The notes: generated by a model not told the origin, from the letters alone. A DNA stretch of 64,000 nt from Akkermansia sp. (GCA_017555025.1 JAFZHC010000040.1:1711-65710), one strand, 5' to 3'; positions 1-9,165 are shown, counted from the stretch's first letter. Numbers and translations are program-made.

Positions 1-456
1 TGGGCGAAATCCGTAAAGGAAAGTGGTGCTCAGAGCGAAACTAAACTGTTCCAGTTGGAGTTTTGGTCTGCATTCCGAGAGGCGGCTAAAGATGACAAGG
101 ATTTTATGCAAGTATTCAGTTTGCGTAAAGCCCATGCCCAGGCTTGGTATGACCTGAGCATTGGAAACTCAAGTTGCGTAATATCATTGCGACTCAATAC
201 TCAGAAGAACCACGTTACTGCTCTTTTGTATATTAGCGGAGACAAAGAGCTTTTCTCTGAGTTACGAAACGCTTCTGATTCCATTGAAGAAGAAATGGGG
301 CACAAGATGGTATGGACTGAGGCTAGCAAAGATTGCACAATTAACATTATTCATAAATGTGATTTGAGAAAGAAAGAGGAGTGGCCTGAGCTGTTCTCGT
401 GGATGAGAGAACAGTCACTTCTCATTCGCAAGGTTTTTAAGTCACGAGTCGGTTAG
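1..456 (+). CDS. DUF4268-domain protein, C-terminal part (5' end lies outside the window)
   Basis: Frame is open from base 1 (WAKSVKESGAQSETKLFQLEFWSAF...) to TAG at 454-456. The QLEFW, WYDLSIGNS and W..LF.WM pattern is typical of DUF4268. AT-rich. Confidence 0.7.
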   Translation, partial: WAKSVKESGAQSETKLFQLEFWSAFREAAKDDKDFMQVFSLRKAHAQAWYDLSIGNSSCVISLRLNTQKNHVTALLYISGDKELFSELRNASDSIEEEMGHKMVWTEASKDCTINIIHKCDLRKKEEWPELFSWMREQSLLIRKVFKSRVG

Positions 457-822
457 CCTAGAAAGGAACGCGAAATTAAGAAGCGAGTTCGCAGGACTTG
501 GAAAAGGACTTGGCTTTTGGGTGAAAAAACGTACAAAACAGCGGGGTGCCGTACCCCTCTCAAAGGATGTTTGGTTTGGTAACTTGGGAAAATAACTTGC
601 TGAATTGTGCTTAGTTATTAAATATAAGGAGATAAGATTTTGTAAAAAAGAGCGGGCTTGTTCAGGTAGTGCCTAACAGGGGAAAAATTAAAGCAGAGCC
701 CGCTCACTATGGGGGGCTCCGGCATGTTAACACCCGGAATGATGTCGTATGTCGCCCGCCTATTATTGTGGACGTCGGCCTGCGGGGGAGTAGGGATTGT
801 TCCGTAGTTTATCGAGTCAGCA

Positions 823-858
823 AATCAGGCGCCTTGCGGTATAGCAGGGCGCCTGATT
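823..858. terminator. Hairpin, probable terminator of the adh-oxidoreductase operon
   Basis: AATCAGGCGCC / GGCGCCTGATT 11-bp inverted repeat, extendable inward; lies just past the stop at 881. Confidence 0.65.
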
Positions 859-880
859 GGTGCTGAGATGATGTGTTGTT

Positions 881-1411
881 TTAAGCTTGCAGCAGGGCGA
901 TGAGCTTCTCCGCATGAGCCGTGGCCCGCTGCGTGATATCTGCAAGCTGCTGAGGGTCCTGCCTCAGGTTGTATGATACAGAGCCCGTGTGCACCGTGCC
1001 GCCGTAGCTCATGCCGGTGAATTGGCAAGCTCCGCGCAGGAAATGGAAGAAATCATCCCAGTTCATGCAGTCTGCCGGAGCCCCTGTGGTGTAGGAAAGC
1101 ACCATTGTTTTGCCTTTCAGCTTGTCACCGGCGGAGCCGTGCGAGAAGCCATGCAGGAATACCTCCTCCATCCAACGGTGCATGAGGGAGGGCATGGAGA
1201 ACCAAAACACGGGGAACTGCAATACGATGGTGTCTGCCCACATCAGGTTTTGCTGCTCAGCCGCTACATCGATGGGCTTATGCGTGTACAGGCGGTCCAG
1301 ATATACCGTGCGGCACTCCGGAAGTTTTTCTTCCAGAATGCTCATGATTGTCTTGTTGGCCACGGAGTCGTTCATGTCCGTGTGCCCGGAGATAATGAGT
1401 ATGTTTTTCAT
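881..1411 (-). CDS. NAD(P)H-dependent oxidoreductase, flavodoxin-like fold (KefF/YwrO/MdaB type), 176 aa
   Basis: Starts MKNILIISGH at ATG 1411; QFPVFWFSMPSLMHRW.EEVF..GF and KGK...LSYTTG motifs. Confidence 0.88.
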   Translation of the reverse strand: MKNILIISGHTDMNDSVANKTIMSILEEKLPECRTVYLDRLYTHKPIDVAAEQQNLMWADTIVLQFPVFWFSMPSLMHRWMEEVFLHGFSHGSAGDKLKGKTMVLSYTTGAPADCMNWDDFFHFLRGACQFTGMSYGGTVHTGSVSYNLRQDPQQLADITQRATAHAEKLIALLQA

Positions 1412-1424
1412 AAAATGGATTGGG

Positions 1425-2594
1425 TTACATGCTTTCAGCAAGGATTTCTCGTACCTCTGCGGTGGTGAGCTCGGGCTTATACCCGCCACGCAGCAGGAAT
1501 GTACCTTCGGCGATACCATCCAGCATATCGTCAGTCGTACCCAGCTCACGCAGGGACAGCACAAGGCCTATCTCCTGCATCCACGCCTTCATGGCATCCA
1601 GCCCGGCTAAGGCTGTTTCTTCATCCGTCTTGCCATTCTCGGATATGCCCCATACATTGACGGCAAATCGCTTGAATTTGGGCAGACCGCAGGGGAGAAT
1701 ATGGCGGAAGTAAGGCAAGGTGACAGCGGCCAGCGTCATGCCATGTGTGGCATCTGTGTAGGCTCCGACGGATTGGCCCATCATGTGCACCATCCAGTCG
1801 GTTGTTTTGCCTTTGGCTATGAGTGTGTTCAGAGCCCAGGTCGCTGTCCACATGATATTGCTGCGAGCCTCGTAATTCTGCGGATCGGCGGCAGCCGTGC
1901 GGGACGCGGTGATGAGAGAGCGCATCAGCCCCTCGGCGATGTAGTCGCTCGTATTGTCATCGGTGCCGGAGAGGTACTGCTCCAGAATGTGAGACATAAT
2001 ATCGAAACAGCCTGCCACCATCTGATAGCGGGGGAGCGTGAGGGTGAGCTCGGGGTTCAGAATAGAGAAGCGGGGATATACGCGGTCATCAAACACACGG
2101 CCAATTTTGCGTTTTGTGGCGTGATTGGTGATGACGGAACCGCCGTTCATTTCACTGCCGGTACCGGCCATGGTCAGTACGCAGCCCACGGGGATGACCG
2201 GATTGCTCAGTGGCTCCATGCGCACGTAATATTTTTCCCACGCATCTTCCGGGCAGTGTGTGGCCACGGCCACGCCTTTGGCGTAGTCACACACAGAGCC
2301 GCCGCCTACTGCCAGTATGAGATCAGCCTTGCAGGCTCGGGCGCGGGCTACACCTTCTGCCAGTTTCTCTACTGTGGGGTTGGGCATAACGCCGGGATCT
2401 TCAGTAATGGTCTTACCGGCGGCATGAAGAATGGCGATTATTTTATCGTAAAGACCATTCTTTTTAATGGATTGCTTGCCATAAATCAGCAGTACAGAGG
2501 GGCCATAGTTTTGCAGTTCTGTGGCCAAATTATCCAGCGCATTCGGACCGAAATGCAGCTTTGTCGGGTTGGAGTAGGTGAATGTTCCGTTCAT
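1425..2594 (-). CDS. Iron-containing alcohol dehydrogenase (BdhA/YqhD-like)
   Basis: NPTKLHFG, AVGGGSVCD, TMAGTGSE motifs; metal ligands D..SH, H..G and H-G.TLA. Confidence 0.93.
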   Translation of the reverse strand: MNGTFTYSNPTKLHFGPNALDNLATELQNYGPSVLLIYGKQSIKKNGLYDKIIAILHAAGKTITEDPGVMPNPTVEKLAEGVARARACKADLILAVGGGSVCDYAKGVAVATHCPEDAWEKYYVRMEPLSNPVIPVGCVLTMAGTGSEMNGGSVITNHATKRKIGRVFDDRVYPRFSILNPELTLTLPRYQMVAGCFDIMSHILEQYLSGTDDNTSDYIAEGLMRSLITASRTAAADPQNYEARSNIMWTATWALNTLIAKGKTTDWMVHMMGQSVGAYTDATHGMTLAAVTLPYFRHILPCGLPKFKRFAVNVWGISENGKTDEETALAGLDAMKAWMQEIGLVLSLRELGTTDDMLDGIAEGTFLLRGGYKPELTTAEVREILAESM

Positions 2595-2658
2595 GGTTGT
2601 GTGAAGAAGTTTTTCTGTTTAAATGCTCTGCATTTATTCTGCATAAAGGACAAGCTGT

Positions 2659-2841
2659 TTAGATTGGCTGCATGAGCCGGGGCTTTTTTTCAATACCTTT
2701 TGCAACAAGGTCATCCTCTTTGTACCACTCGCCACGCACATGGTGCCGGTTTAACGAAAAATCAGCCATTTCTATACCAATTGCCTGACCGACGGAACCT
2801 GAGCATATATAAACAGACGAAAACTGTCTTTTACTTGCCAT
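2659..2841 (-). CDS. Small 60-aa ORF, possibly a degenerate remnant
   Basis: ORF with an upstream TTGCAA-16-TGTGG-TAGAAT promoter-like sequence (~2879-2906); no firm homology. Confidence 0.3.
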   Translation of the reverse strand: MASKRQFSSVYICSGSVGQAIGIEMADFSLNRHHVRGEWYKEDDLVAKGIEKKPRLMQPI

Positions 2842-3042
2842 TTTTTTTGCGTTTCGAGTGTACCTTTAATCCACAATCATTCTACCACATCAACAAAGTT
2901 TTGCAACCGCAAACGGGATGGCAAGACGTGAAAAAGAGACAGGGGCTCTGTAAATCCTTGCGTGAGATTTACATAAATTAATGGACATCAGCGGTCCGAA
3001 TTGATATAATATTCCGTAGCTGATACGCGCTCAGCTAAAATT

Positions 3043-3714
3043 ATGGCCGACTACGCCCCCAGACTTGACCAGAGGGAATCCCTCACGCTGAGGGAGCGGC
3101 GCATTATTGACCGAACTTTGGGCATGGATGAGCAACTGCTGCTGGTCATGCGACCGGACCCCACTATTCTGAGTGCAGAGCGACTCATTTGTTTCGGGAT
3201 GGTTGCACTCATCCTGATAGTGAGTGAAGGCGAGCTTTTCGTGCTTCCGTTTGTTCTCCTTTTCTGCGTCCTTCCCTGGTTCAGGAAATGCTACAAGAGG
3301 CGTATGCTCTATCTGGTCACCGACCGCCGATGCCTTATCCTGACCCCCAGACTACTGCCGGGTATGAACTGCCAATCATATCCGCTGGAGCCCGGCTGCA
3401 TCAAAGAGTACGAGATTTTCAGCGGTGGTATAGGTAATATCGTCTTTGAATATGACTATAGCTCCACTCACGACAGCGGTGGCTCTGACCCCGAGGACGA
3501 CCGCCGCCCTGTGGGATTCTTAGACTTGCCGCAATGCAAGCGTGTGGTCACCTTCATCCGAAAGCAGATTAAGAAGCTGCACCGGCTCGACCACCTGCCG
3601 CCCACACCGCAGCCAAAGGAGGAGACCTTCGCCGACACCGGCGGATTTGTCCCCTTTGCTGCGCTGGTTCAGGACAGGATGCAGGAAATCAAGGTGGAGA
3701 AAGAAGAAGACTGA
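3043..3714 (+). CDS. Hypothetical membrane protein, bacterial PH-domain-like
   Basis: Two hydrophobic segments followed by YLVTDRRCLIL, GxGNIVF and GFLDL patterns. Confidence 0.6.
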   Translation: MADYAPRLDQRESLTLRERRIIDRTLGMDEQLLLVMRPDPTILSAERLICFGMVALILIVSEGELFVLPFVLLFCVLPWFRKCYKRRMLYLVTDRRCLILTPRLLPGMNCQSYPLEPGCIKEYEIFSGGIGNIVFEYDYSSTHDSGGSDPEDDRRPVGFLDLPQCKRVVTFIRKQIKKLHRLDHLPPTPQPKEETFADTGGFVPFAALVQDRMQEIKVEKEED

Positions 3715-3932
3715 TGTTGAAACGTTGACTCAGCTCAGCGTGTCGGGTGATGACTGGGCGGAAGAGATTGCAGACTTGAATTTTTTTGGGGGGGAGAACG
3801 CTGTTTTGAAGTACAAAATAGCCGATAGTTGTACCATTCTCAAAGGCTGGCTTTTTATGGGGCATTTGAATGGGGGACGGGTGTCGTTTTTTCTTTACAT
3901 CGGTCGGGTGGGATGTTAGTGTTGTGACAGGT

Positions 3933-4790
3933 ATGAAGGATGCTTATCTCGTATTGTGCCATGCGCGGCCTGCGCAGGTAAATGCTCTTGCTGCTTATCT
4001 GCGGGAGCAGGGGCATGATGTATTTATTCATGTGGATGCATCGAGCCCGGAGAAAGCTGCTTTTACCGAGGGGCAGGGAATACACCTGATTGAGCCTTCG
4101 GTTAAGGTGGAGTGGGCTGATTGGAGCATAGCACAGGCTACGCTGCGCCTGATGCAGGCCGCTGTGAACACAGGGCGGGAGTATCGCTACCTGCACCTCA
4201 TCAGCGGTCAATGTATGCCGGCAATGGGGCGGGGGCAGATGGAGGCTTTTCTGGATGAGGCGTACGCGCGAAATCTCCAAATCATTGAGAGTACACCCAT
4301 ACCTACTCCCGGTAAGTACGAGAAGTGGCAGCACCGTGTGCAGGTGTGGTACCCGCGCTTTATGGTGAGCAAGTACAGCCCTTGGCACAAATGGTTTTGG
4401 TGGTACACAAACAAATGGCGCCGCCTGCGTGTGAAGAGGCCGGGCTGGTACCTTTTCCGCCCGTTTTATGGCGGTGCTCAATGGTGGTCGCTCACGCTGC
4501 CTTGTGTAAAGGATGTGCTGTGCTACCACCGCTCGCACCGCTTGCATGCCTGGTTTTTCCGCAATGTATTTTGCAGCGATGAGTTGTATATTCAGACCTG
4601 TGTGCGGCGCTGCGGTTATGAGGTGAGTGGGGACAACATGCGCTACCTCAGCTGGCCGTTCCCCTCGGCGCCATCGCCTGATGACCTCACGCCGGCAGAT
4701 TGGCCCGCGGTGCGGGAGAGCGGGTGCCTTTTTGCCCGCAAGTTTGCGCTTACGGAGGAGGAGTGCCGCAGTTACCTCGACTCGCTCTGA
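3933..4790 (+). CDS. Glycosyltransferase family 14 (core-2/I-branching beta-1,6-GlcNAc transferase-like)
   Basis: AYLVLCH, FIHVD, LISG, GGAQWWSL, SDELYIQT and FARKF motifs; start set at MKDAY (3933). Confidence 0.88.
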   Translation: MKDAYLVLCHARPAQVNALAAYLREQGHDVFIHVDASSPEKAAFTEGQGIHLIEPSVKVEWADWSIAQATLRLMQAAVNTGREYRYLHLISGQCMPAMGRGQMEAFLDEAYARNLQIIESTPIPTPGKYEKWQHRVQVWYPRFMVSKYSPWHKWFWWYTNKWRRLRVKRPGWYLFRPFYGGAQWWSLTLPCVKDVLCYHRSHRLHAWFFRNVFCSDELYIQTCVRRCGYEVSGDNMRYLSWPFPSAPSPDDLTPADWPAVRESGCLFARKFALTEEECRSYLDSL

Positions 4791-4827
4791 TTATTGCTTT
4801 TTCGGCAGTTGCTGATACGATAAAGTA

Positions 4828-4857
4828 AGGCCGCGCTCCCGTAAAGGAGCGCGGCCT
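4828..4857. terminator. Hairpin terminator between convergent genes
   Basis: AGGCCGCGCTCC-CGTAAA-GGAGCGCGGCCT perfect 12-bp stem. Confidence 0.8.
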
Positions 4858-4881
4858 GAAGTTTTGCTGTTGCTTGCGGGA

Positions 4882-6963
4882 TTACTTCAGAATCATCTTG
4901 AAGTCCACCACAACGGCGCGATCGGCTGTTACGAGCACGGGGTTACCATCGATAGCGGTAATCTCGGGAATCTCGAGCACGAGCTTCTGCACCTTGGCAA
5001 GGGTATCGGCCAGCGGGCCTACAGCCTTGGGAGCCTCGCCGCGAACACCGTTCAGGATGGTGCCGACCTTGGTCTCCTTAATCATGTCGGAGAAGTCGTC
5101 GGTGGGCAGGATGCGCATGGTGGTGTCGCGCATGACCTCGGTGTACACACCGCCGGTGCCGAATACCATGACGCGGCCGAAGTTCTTGTCGGTGTTCACG
5201 CCGATGATGGTCTCGGTAGCCTTGGTAATCATCTCCTGAATGAGTACGGAAGCGCCCTTGAGCTGGAACTTGGTGATGGAGCCCCACAGGCCTTCCCAAG
5301 CCTCGTTGAAGGAAGCCTCGTCGTTGATGTTGAGGTAAATGCCCTTCATCTCGGTCTTGTGCAGAGCATCGGGAGCGGAGAGCTTGAGCACCACGGCGTT
5401 CGGGAAGATGGTCTTGCAGAAGGCGAGAGCCTCTTCCTTGTCGGTGAAGTTACCGCACTTGGGATAATCGATGCCGTAGTGGTCCATGAGCATGTTCACG
5501 GTCTCCTGGGGCAGGGAGGCAAGGCCGGCCTCCTTAGCAGCGGTCACAGCTGCCTTGATGTCGGCGGGAACCTCACCGGTCTCGCAGGTGGCAAGCTTCT
5601 TGCCGCGGAAAGCCATCTGAGCCTTCAGCAGACCGAGCAGGCGCACGATGTCGGCGGGGTACTCGTAGTTGAGAATCTTGGCCTCGTTAAGCAGCACGCG
5701 ACCCTCGTCCACACGGGCGCCACCCACGAAGGAGCAGTAGATGTTGACGTTGGGGTACTGAGGAGCCAGCTTGATAACGGCCTGAGCGGTCTCGGGGCAC
5801 TCGGTTACGCGCTGGGGGGTAAGGAGAACGAGAATGTTCTTGTACTCGCCGCTCTCGCAGAGCACCTTGAGGGCAGCCTCGTAGCGATCGGCCTTGGCGT
5901 CGCCCACTACGTCGATGGGGTTGCCCAGAGAAGCCTCGGGGGTGAGCACGGCACGCAGGGCAGCCTTGGTCTCTTCGCTGGGGGGAGCGAGGTCGAGGCC
6001 GGCCTCTTCGCAAAGGTCGGAGGTAAGCACGCCCACGCCACCGGCGTTGGTCAGTACGGCTACCTTGCCGTCAAACTGGTTGTGGTTGCAGTACTGCAGT
6101 ACTTCCAGCAGGCCGAAGAGCTCACGGTCGTTGTATGCCTGAATGGCGCCGGCACCCTGCAGAGCCATTTCGAGCACGCGATAGTTGGGAGCCAGAGAAC
6201 CGGTGTGGGAGAGGGAAGCAGCCTGAGCCTTGGCGCTCTTGCCGGGCTCCATGATTACGCAGGGCTTGGTGTCGGAAACCTCCTTGATAACCTTGAGGAA
6301 CTCCTTGCCGTTCTTGAGGGACTCGAGGTAGAACACGAAAGCGTTGGTGTTGGGGTCGTCCTTCAGAGCAGCGAGCAGGGCGTCTTCGCCCATAACGGCC
6401 TTGTTGCCGATGGAGATGAAGTGGGAGAAGCCGATGCCCTTACCGGCAGCCCAGTCCATGATGGCGGAGCAGTAAGCACCGGACTGAGAAACGAAAGCCA
6501 CGTTACCGCGGGCGGGGAAACCGTCAGCGAAGGAGGCATTCACGTTGTCGAACGTGGAGATGTGGCCAAGGCAGTTCGGACCAAGCAGGTTGATGCCGTT
6601 GTCCATGCACTTCTGGGCAATGCGCTTCTCAAGCTCCTTCTCACCCACTTCAGCGAAGCCGGCGGTGATGATGGAGATGTTCTTGGTGCCGTTGGCGATG
6701 CAGGCATCAATCACGCCCTCGGTGAAACGGGCAGGTACGAGAACTACCACCAGGTCCATGGGCTCAGGCAGAGTGTCTACGCTGGCGTAGCAAGGCTTGC
6801 CGCAGAGCTCCTGACCAGCCATTTTGGGGTTAACACCGTAGAGCTTGCCCTTGTAATCGGCAGAGATGATGTTGTTGAATACAACGGCGCCCAGCTTGGT
6901 GGGGTCGGCAGATACGCCGACAACAGCGATGCTCTTCGGATTGAAGAATGTTTCGAGTGACAT
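4882..6963 (-). CDS. Acetate/acyl-CoA ligase (ADP-forming), fused alpha-beta chain
   Basis: FFNPKSIAVVG, LGPNCLG, SQSGA, catalytic SHTGSLA, TNAGG, NPIDVVGDA; C-terminal ATP-grasp (VLKLS..LHKTE.KGI, DGNPVLV, VVVD); no GNAT domain. Confidence 0.9.
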   Translation of the reverse strand: MSLETFFNPKSIAVVGVSADPTKLGAVVFNNIISADYKGKLYGVNPKMAGQELCGKPCYASVDTLPEPMDLVVVLVPARFTEGVIDACIANGTKNISIITAGFAEVGEKELEKRIAQKCMDNGINLLGPNCLGHISTFDNVNASFADGFPARGNVAFVSQSGAYCSAIMDWAAGKGIGFSHFISIGNKAVMGEDALLAALKDDPNTNAFVFYLESLKNGKEFLKVIKEVSDTKPCVIMEPGKSAKAQAASLSHTGSLAPNYRVLEMALQGAGAIQAYNDRELFGLLEVLQYCNHNQFDGKVAVLTNAGGVGVLTSDLCEEAGLDLAPPSEETKAALRAVLTPEASLGNPIDVVGDAKADRYEAALKVLCESGEYKNILVLLTPQRVTECPETAQAVIKLAPQYPNVNIYCSFVGGARVDEGRVLLNEAKILNYEYPADIVRLLGLLKAQMAFRGKKLATCETGEVPADIKAAVTAAKEAGLASLPQETVNMLMDHYGIDYPKCGNFTDKEEALAFCKTIFPNAVVLKLSAPDALHKTEMKGIYLNINDEASFNEAWEGLWGSITKFQLKGASVLIQEMITKATETIIGVNTDKNFGRVMVFGTGGVYTEVMRDTTMRILPTDDFSDMIKETKVGTILNGVRGEAPKAVGPLADTLAKVQKLVLEIPEITAIDGNPVLVTADRAVVVDFKMILK

Positions 6964-7013
6964 AGTGAGTAATAGTGATTGGTGAGTGACTAGCCTACAG
7001 CGGCTCTGCATTT

Positions 7014-7042
7014 ATTCTAGCATGCCTGTCCTTTTATTTCAA
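7014..7042 (-). promoter_or_regulatory. Sigma70-type promoter of the acyl-CoA ligase
   Basis: TTGAAA-17-TAGAAT with an extended TG. Confidence 0.65.
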
Positions 7043-7087
7043 GCCTCAAATAGTGAAAAATCTATGTTATAGTAAGCTCTATGTGGC

Positions 7088-7119
7088 AAAAAATCGCCTC
7101 AGCTGATGGCTGAGGCGAT
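7088..7119 (-). terminator. Intrinsic terminator downstream of coaE-rho
   Basis: ATCGCCTCAGC / GCTGAGGCGAT 11-bp stem followed by T6 on the minus strand. Confidence 0.8.
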
Positions 7120-7137
7120 GTAGAAAACGAAAGAAGT

Positions 7138-9036
7138 TTATTTTTTGTCGATCAGACCGCTGATGAGTAGCTCGGCATTGTTCTGCGTGCGGCGGATATT
7201 TTTGAGCAACAGTTCGAGGGCTTCCCATCCGGGGTGGCTGGCGAGCTGACGGCGCAGTTGCAGAATGCGGCTGAATTCGTCGGGGTGGTACAGGCGGTCG
7301 TCATTTCGCGTGCCACTCTGGGGAACGGATATGGCAGGGTACATGCGGCGCTCTGCGAGTTCGCGGTCCAGACGAATCTCCATATTACCGGTGCCTTTGA
7401 ATTCCTCGAAGATGATTTCATCCATGCGGGACTCCGTATCCACAAGGCAAGTGGCAATGATGGTCAGGCTGCCGCCTTCCTCCACATTGCGTGCTGCACC
7501 GAAGAATTTGCGGGGTTTTTCGAGAGCGTTGGAGCCGAGGCCGCCGGACATGATGCGCCCGCCGGTCTGGTTGGCATTGTAGCCGCGGGCGAGTCGGGTG
7601 AGCGAGTCGAGCATGATGATAACATTCTTGCCCTGTTCTACGAGGCGGCGGGCACGCTCCAGCACGAGGTCGCTCAGCTGGGCGTGGCGGCGGGAACTTT
7701 CGTCGAAAGTGGAGGCCAGTACGGGGGCGTCCACCGTTTCCTCAAAGTCTGTCACTTCCTCGGGGCGCTCGTCGAGCAGGAGAATGAGCAATTCAGCATC
7801 GGGATAATTAGCGCGTATGGATTTGGCCATGCTCTTGAGCAGCACGGTCTTACCACCGCGGGGCGGGGCAACCACGAGGGCGCGCTGCCCCATGCCGACG
7901 GGGGTGATGAGGTCGAGCACGCGCATGGAGGGGAGCTTGAGCTCAGCATTTTCGAGGATGATGCGCTCGCGCGGGAAGAGCGGGGTGAGCTTATCAAACT
8001 CCTTGGGGGCTGTGTATTCTGCGGCGAGGGTACCTTCAATCTCAAGTACATCTCCGGCACGCAGCGGTTTGTTGGCCTTAGCGCTCTGATCTTGCGAGAG
8101 GCGGAGCATCACCTTATTGCCGGGGCGCAGCCCGTAGCGCTTAATGAGCTCATTCGGTACGGCGATATCGTCAATCTCATGGCGGTAGCTGCGGTTCTCG
8201 TCGCGCAGCAGCACATTGCCCTCCTTGGTGAAGTCGAGCACACCCTGTACCTGCACTTGATTACCCAAGCGGGCAAAAGTGCGGCAGAGCTCCATCGTAA
8301 GCTCCTGGCGAGTTTTACCGATAACGCCTTTCTTGATGTTCTCCTCGGCCAGCTTGCGCAGCTCATTGAGCGGCATGATGCGCAACTCGTTCATGTTGAC
8401 GAGTTTGGCACGCTGGTTTACTACTTCAGCCACTTTGGCCAGTTCGGAGTCGAAGAAGTACTTGACCTGCGAGCGCAGCATGTCCAGGCTGCCCTCATTC
8501 CAGAATACGGTGCCGGATTTCTCGATTTTTTCCTGCGTGGGCATCTGGGCGGCCAGCATAGCCTCGGCTGCGGCGCGGTCAAAGCCATCGCGCTCAGCCA
8601 TACGCTTAATCTGGGTTTCGGGGGTGACTGCTACTAAGCACACGCGGTCTGCGCCGAAATCAGCCGGACTTTCAAAATAGAGGGGAATGTCGATGAGGAA
8701 AGTGTGCACAAGCTCGGAGCGGCGTGCTTCAAACTGAGCCTCTTTGCAAAGTTGGGCAACCTTGGGGTGTACAATGGCATTGAGCTTATTGCGCCCTTCG
8801 GGGTCATGCTTGACCACCTCACGCAGCAGGTCTTTATTGACAGAGCCATCATCGAGCAGGGCATCTGCACCAAAGGCCGTCACCAGGTCGCGGGACAGTT
8901 TGCCGCTCTTCTGCAATTCTTCCACTGCCTTATCGCAGTCAAATACTTGCAAACCATTTCCGCCGATTTCACTAAGCAGATTGACAACTGTGGATTTACC
9001 TGATGCGATGCCGCCTGTAACAACAATAACCTTCAC
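7138..9036 (-). CDS. rho: Fusion: dephospho-CoA kinase (CoaE, aa ~1-195) plus transcription termination factor Rho
   Basis: N-terminal VTGGIASGKST, DIPLYFE, AQMP..EK; then the Rho N-helix (LNELRKLA), APPRGGKT, LLLDERPEEVTD, DSLTRLARGYN, FFGAARNVEEGGSLTI, EEFKGTGNME. One uninterrupted frame. Confidence 0.92.
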   Translation of the reverse strand: MKVIVVTGGIASGKSTVVNLLSEIGGNGLQVFDCDKAVEELQKSGKLSRDLVTAFGADALLDDGSVNKDLLREVVKHDPEGRNKLNAIVHPKVAQLCKEAQFEARRSELVHTFLIDIPLYFESPADFGADRVCLVAVTPETQIKRMAERDGFDRAAAEAMLAAQMPTQEKIEKSGTVFWNEGSLDMLRSQVKYFFDSELAKVAEVVNQRAKLVNMNELRIMPLNELRKLAEENIKKGVIGKTRQELTMELCRTFARLGNQVQVQGVLDFTKEGNVLLRDENRSYRHEIDDIAVPNELIKRYGLRPGNKVMLRLSQDQSAKANKPLRAGDVLEIEGTLAAEYTAPKEFDKLTPLFPRERIILENAELKLPSMRVLDLITPVGMGQRALVVAPPRGGKTVLLKSMAKSIRANYPDAELLILLLDERPEEVTDFEETVDAPVLASTFDESSRRHAQLSDLVLERARRLVEQGKNVIIMLDSLTRLARGYNANQTGGRIMSGGLGSNALEKPRKFFGAARNVEEGGSLTIIATCLVDTESRMDEIIFEEFKGTGNMEIRLDRELAERRMYPAISVPQSGTRNDDRLYHPDEFSRILQLRRQLASHPGWEALELLLKNIRRTQNNAELLISGLIDKK

Positions 9037-9043
9037 GGGCGAG

Positions 9044-9072
9044 ACTTTAACATGTTTTCAGCCACCTTGCAA
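9044..9072 (-). promoter_or_regulatory. Promoter of coaE-rho (leaderless geometry)
   Basis: TTGCAA-17-TAAAGT, 7 nt before the GTG start. Confidence 0.55.
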
Positions 9073-9165
9073 GCTCAAAGAGCGTGTGCAAAGCGCTTTT
9101 GCTGAAGAGACGACCTTCGTAAAGCTCTGCCTGGTCCCCGGTAACTTGTGCCTGGTCCTTTCTTT

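Noticed and set aside
3542-3919. 125-aa ORF overlapping the 3043 gene and the GT14 upstream region
   Set aside because: It overlaps a better ORF, crosses homopolymer runs and has no motif.
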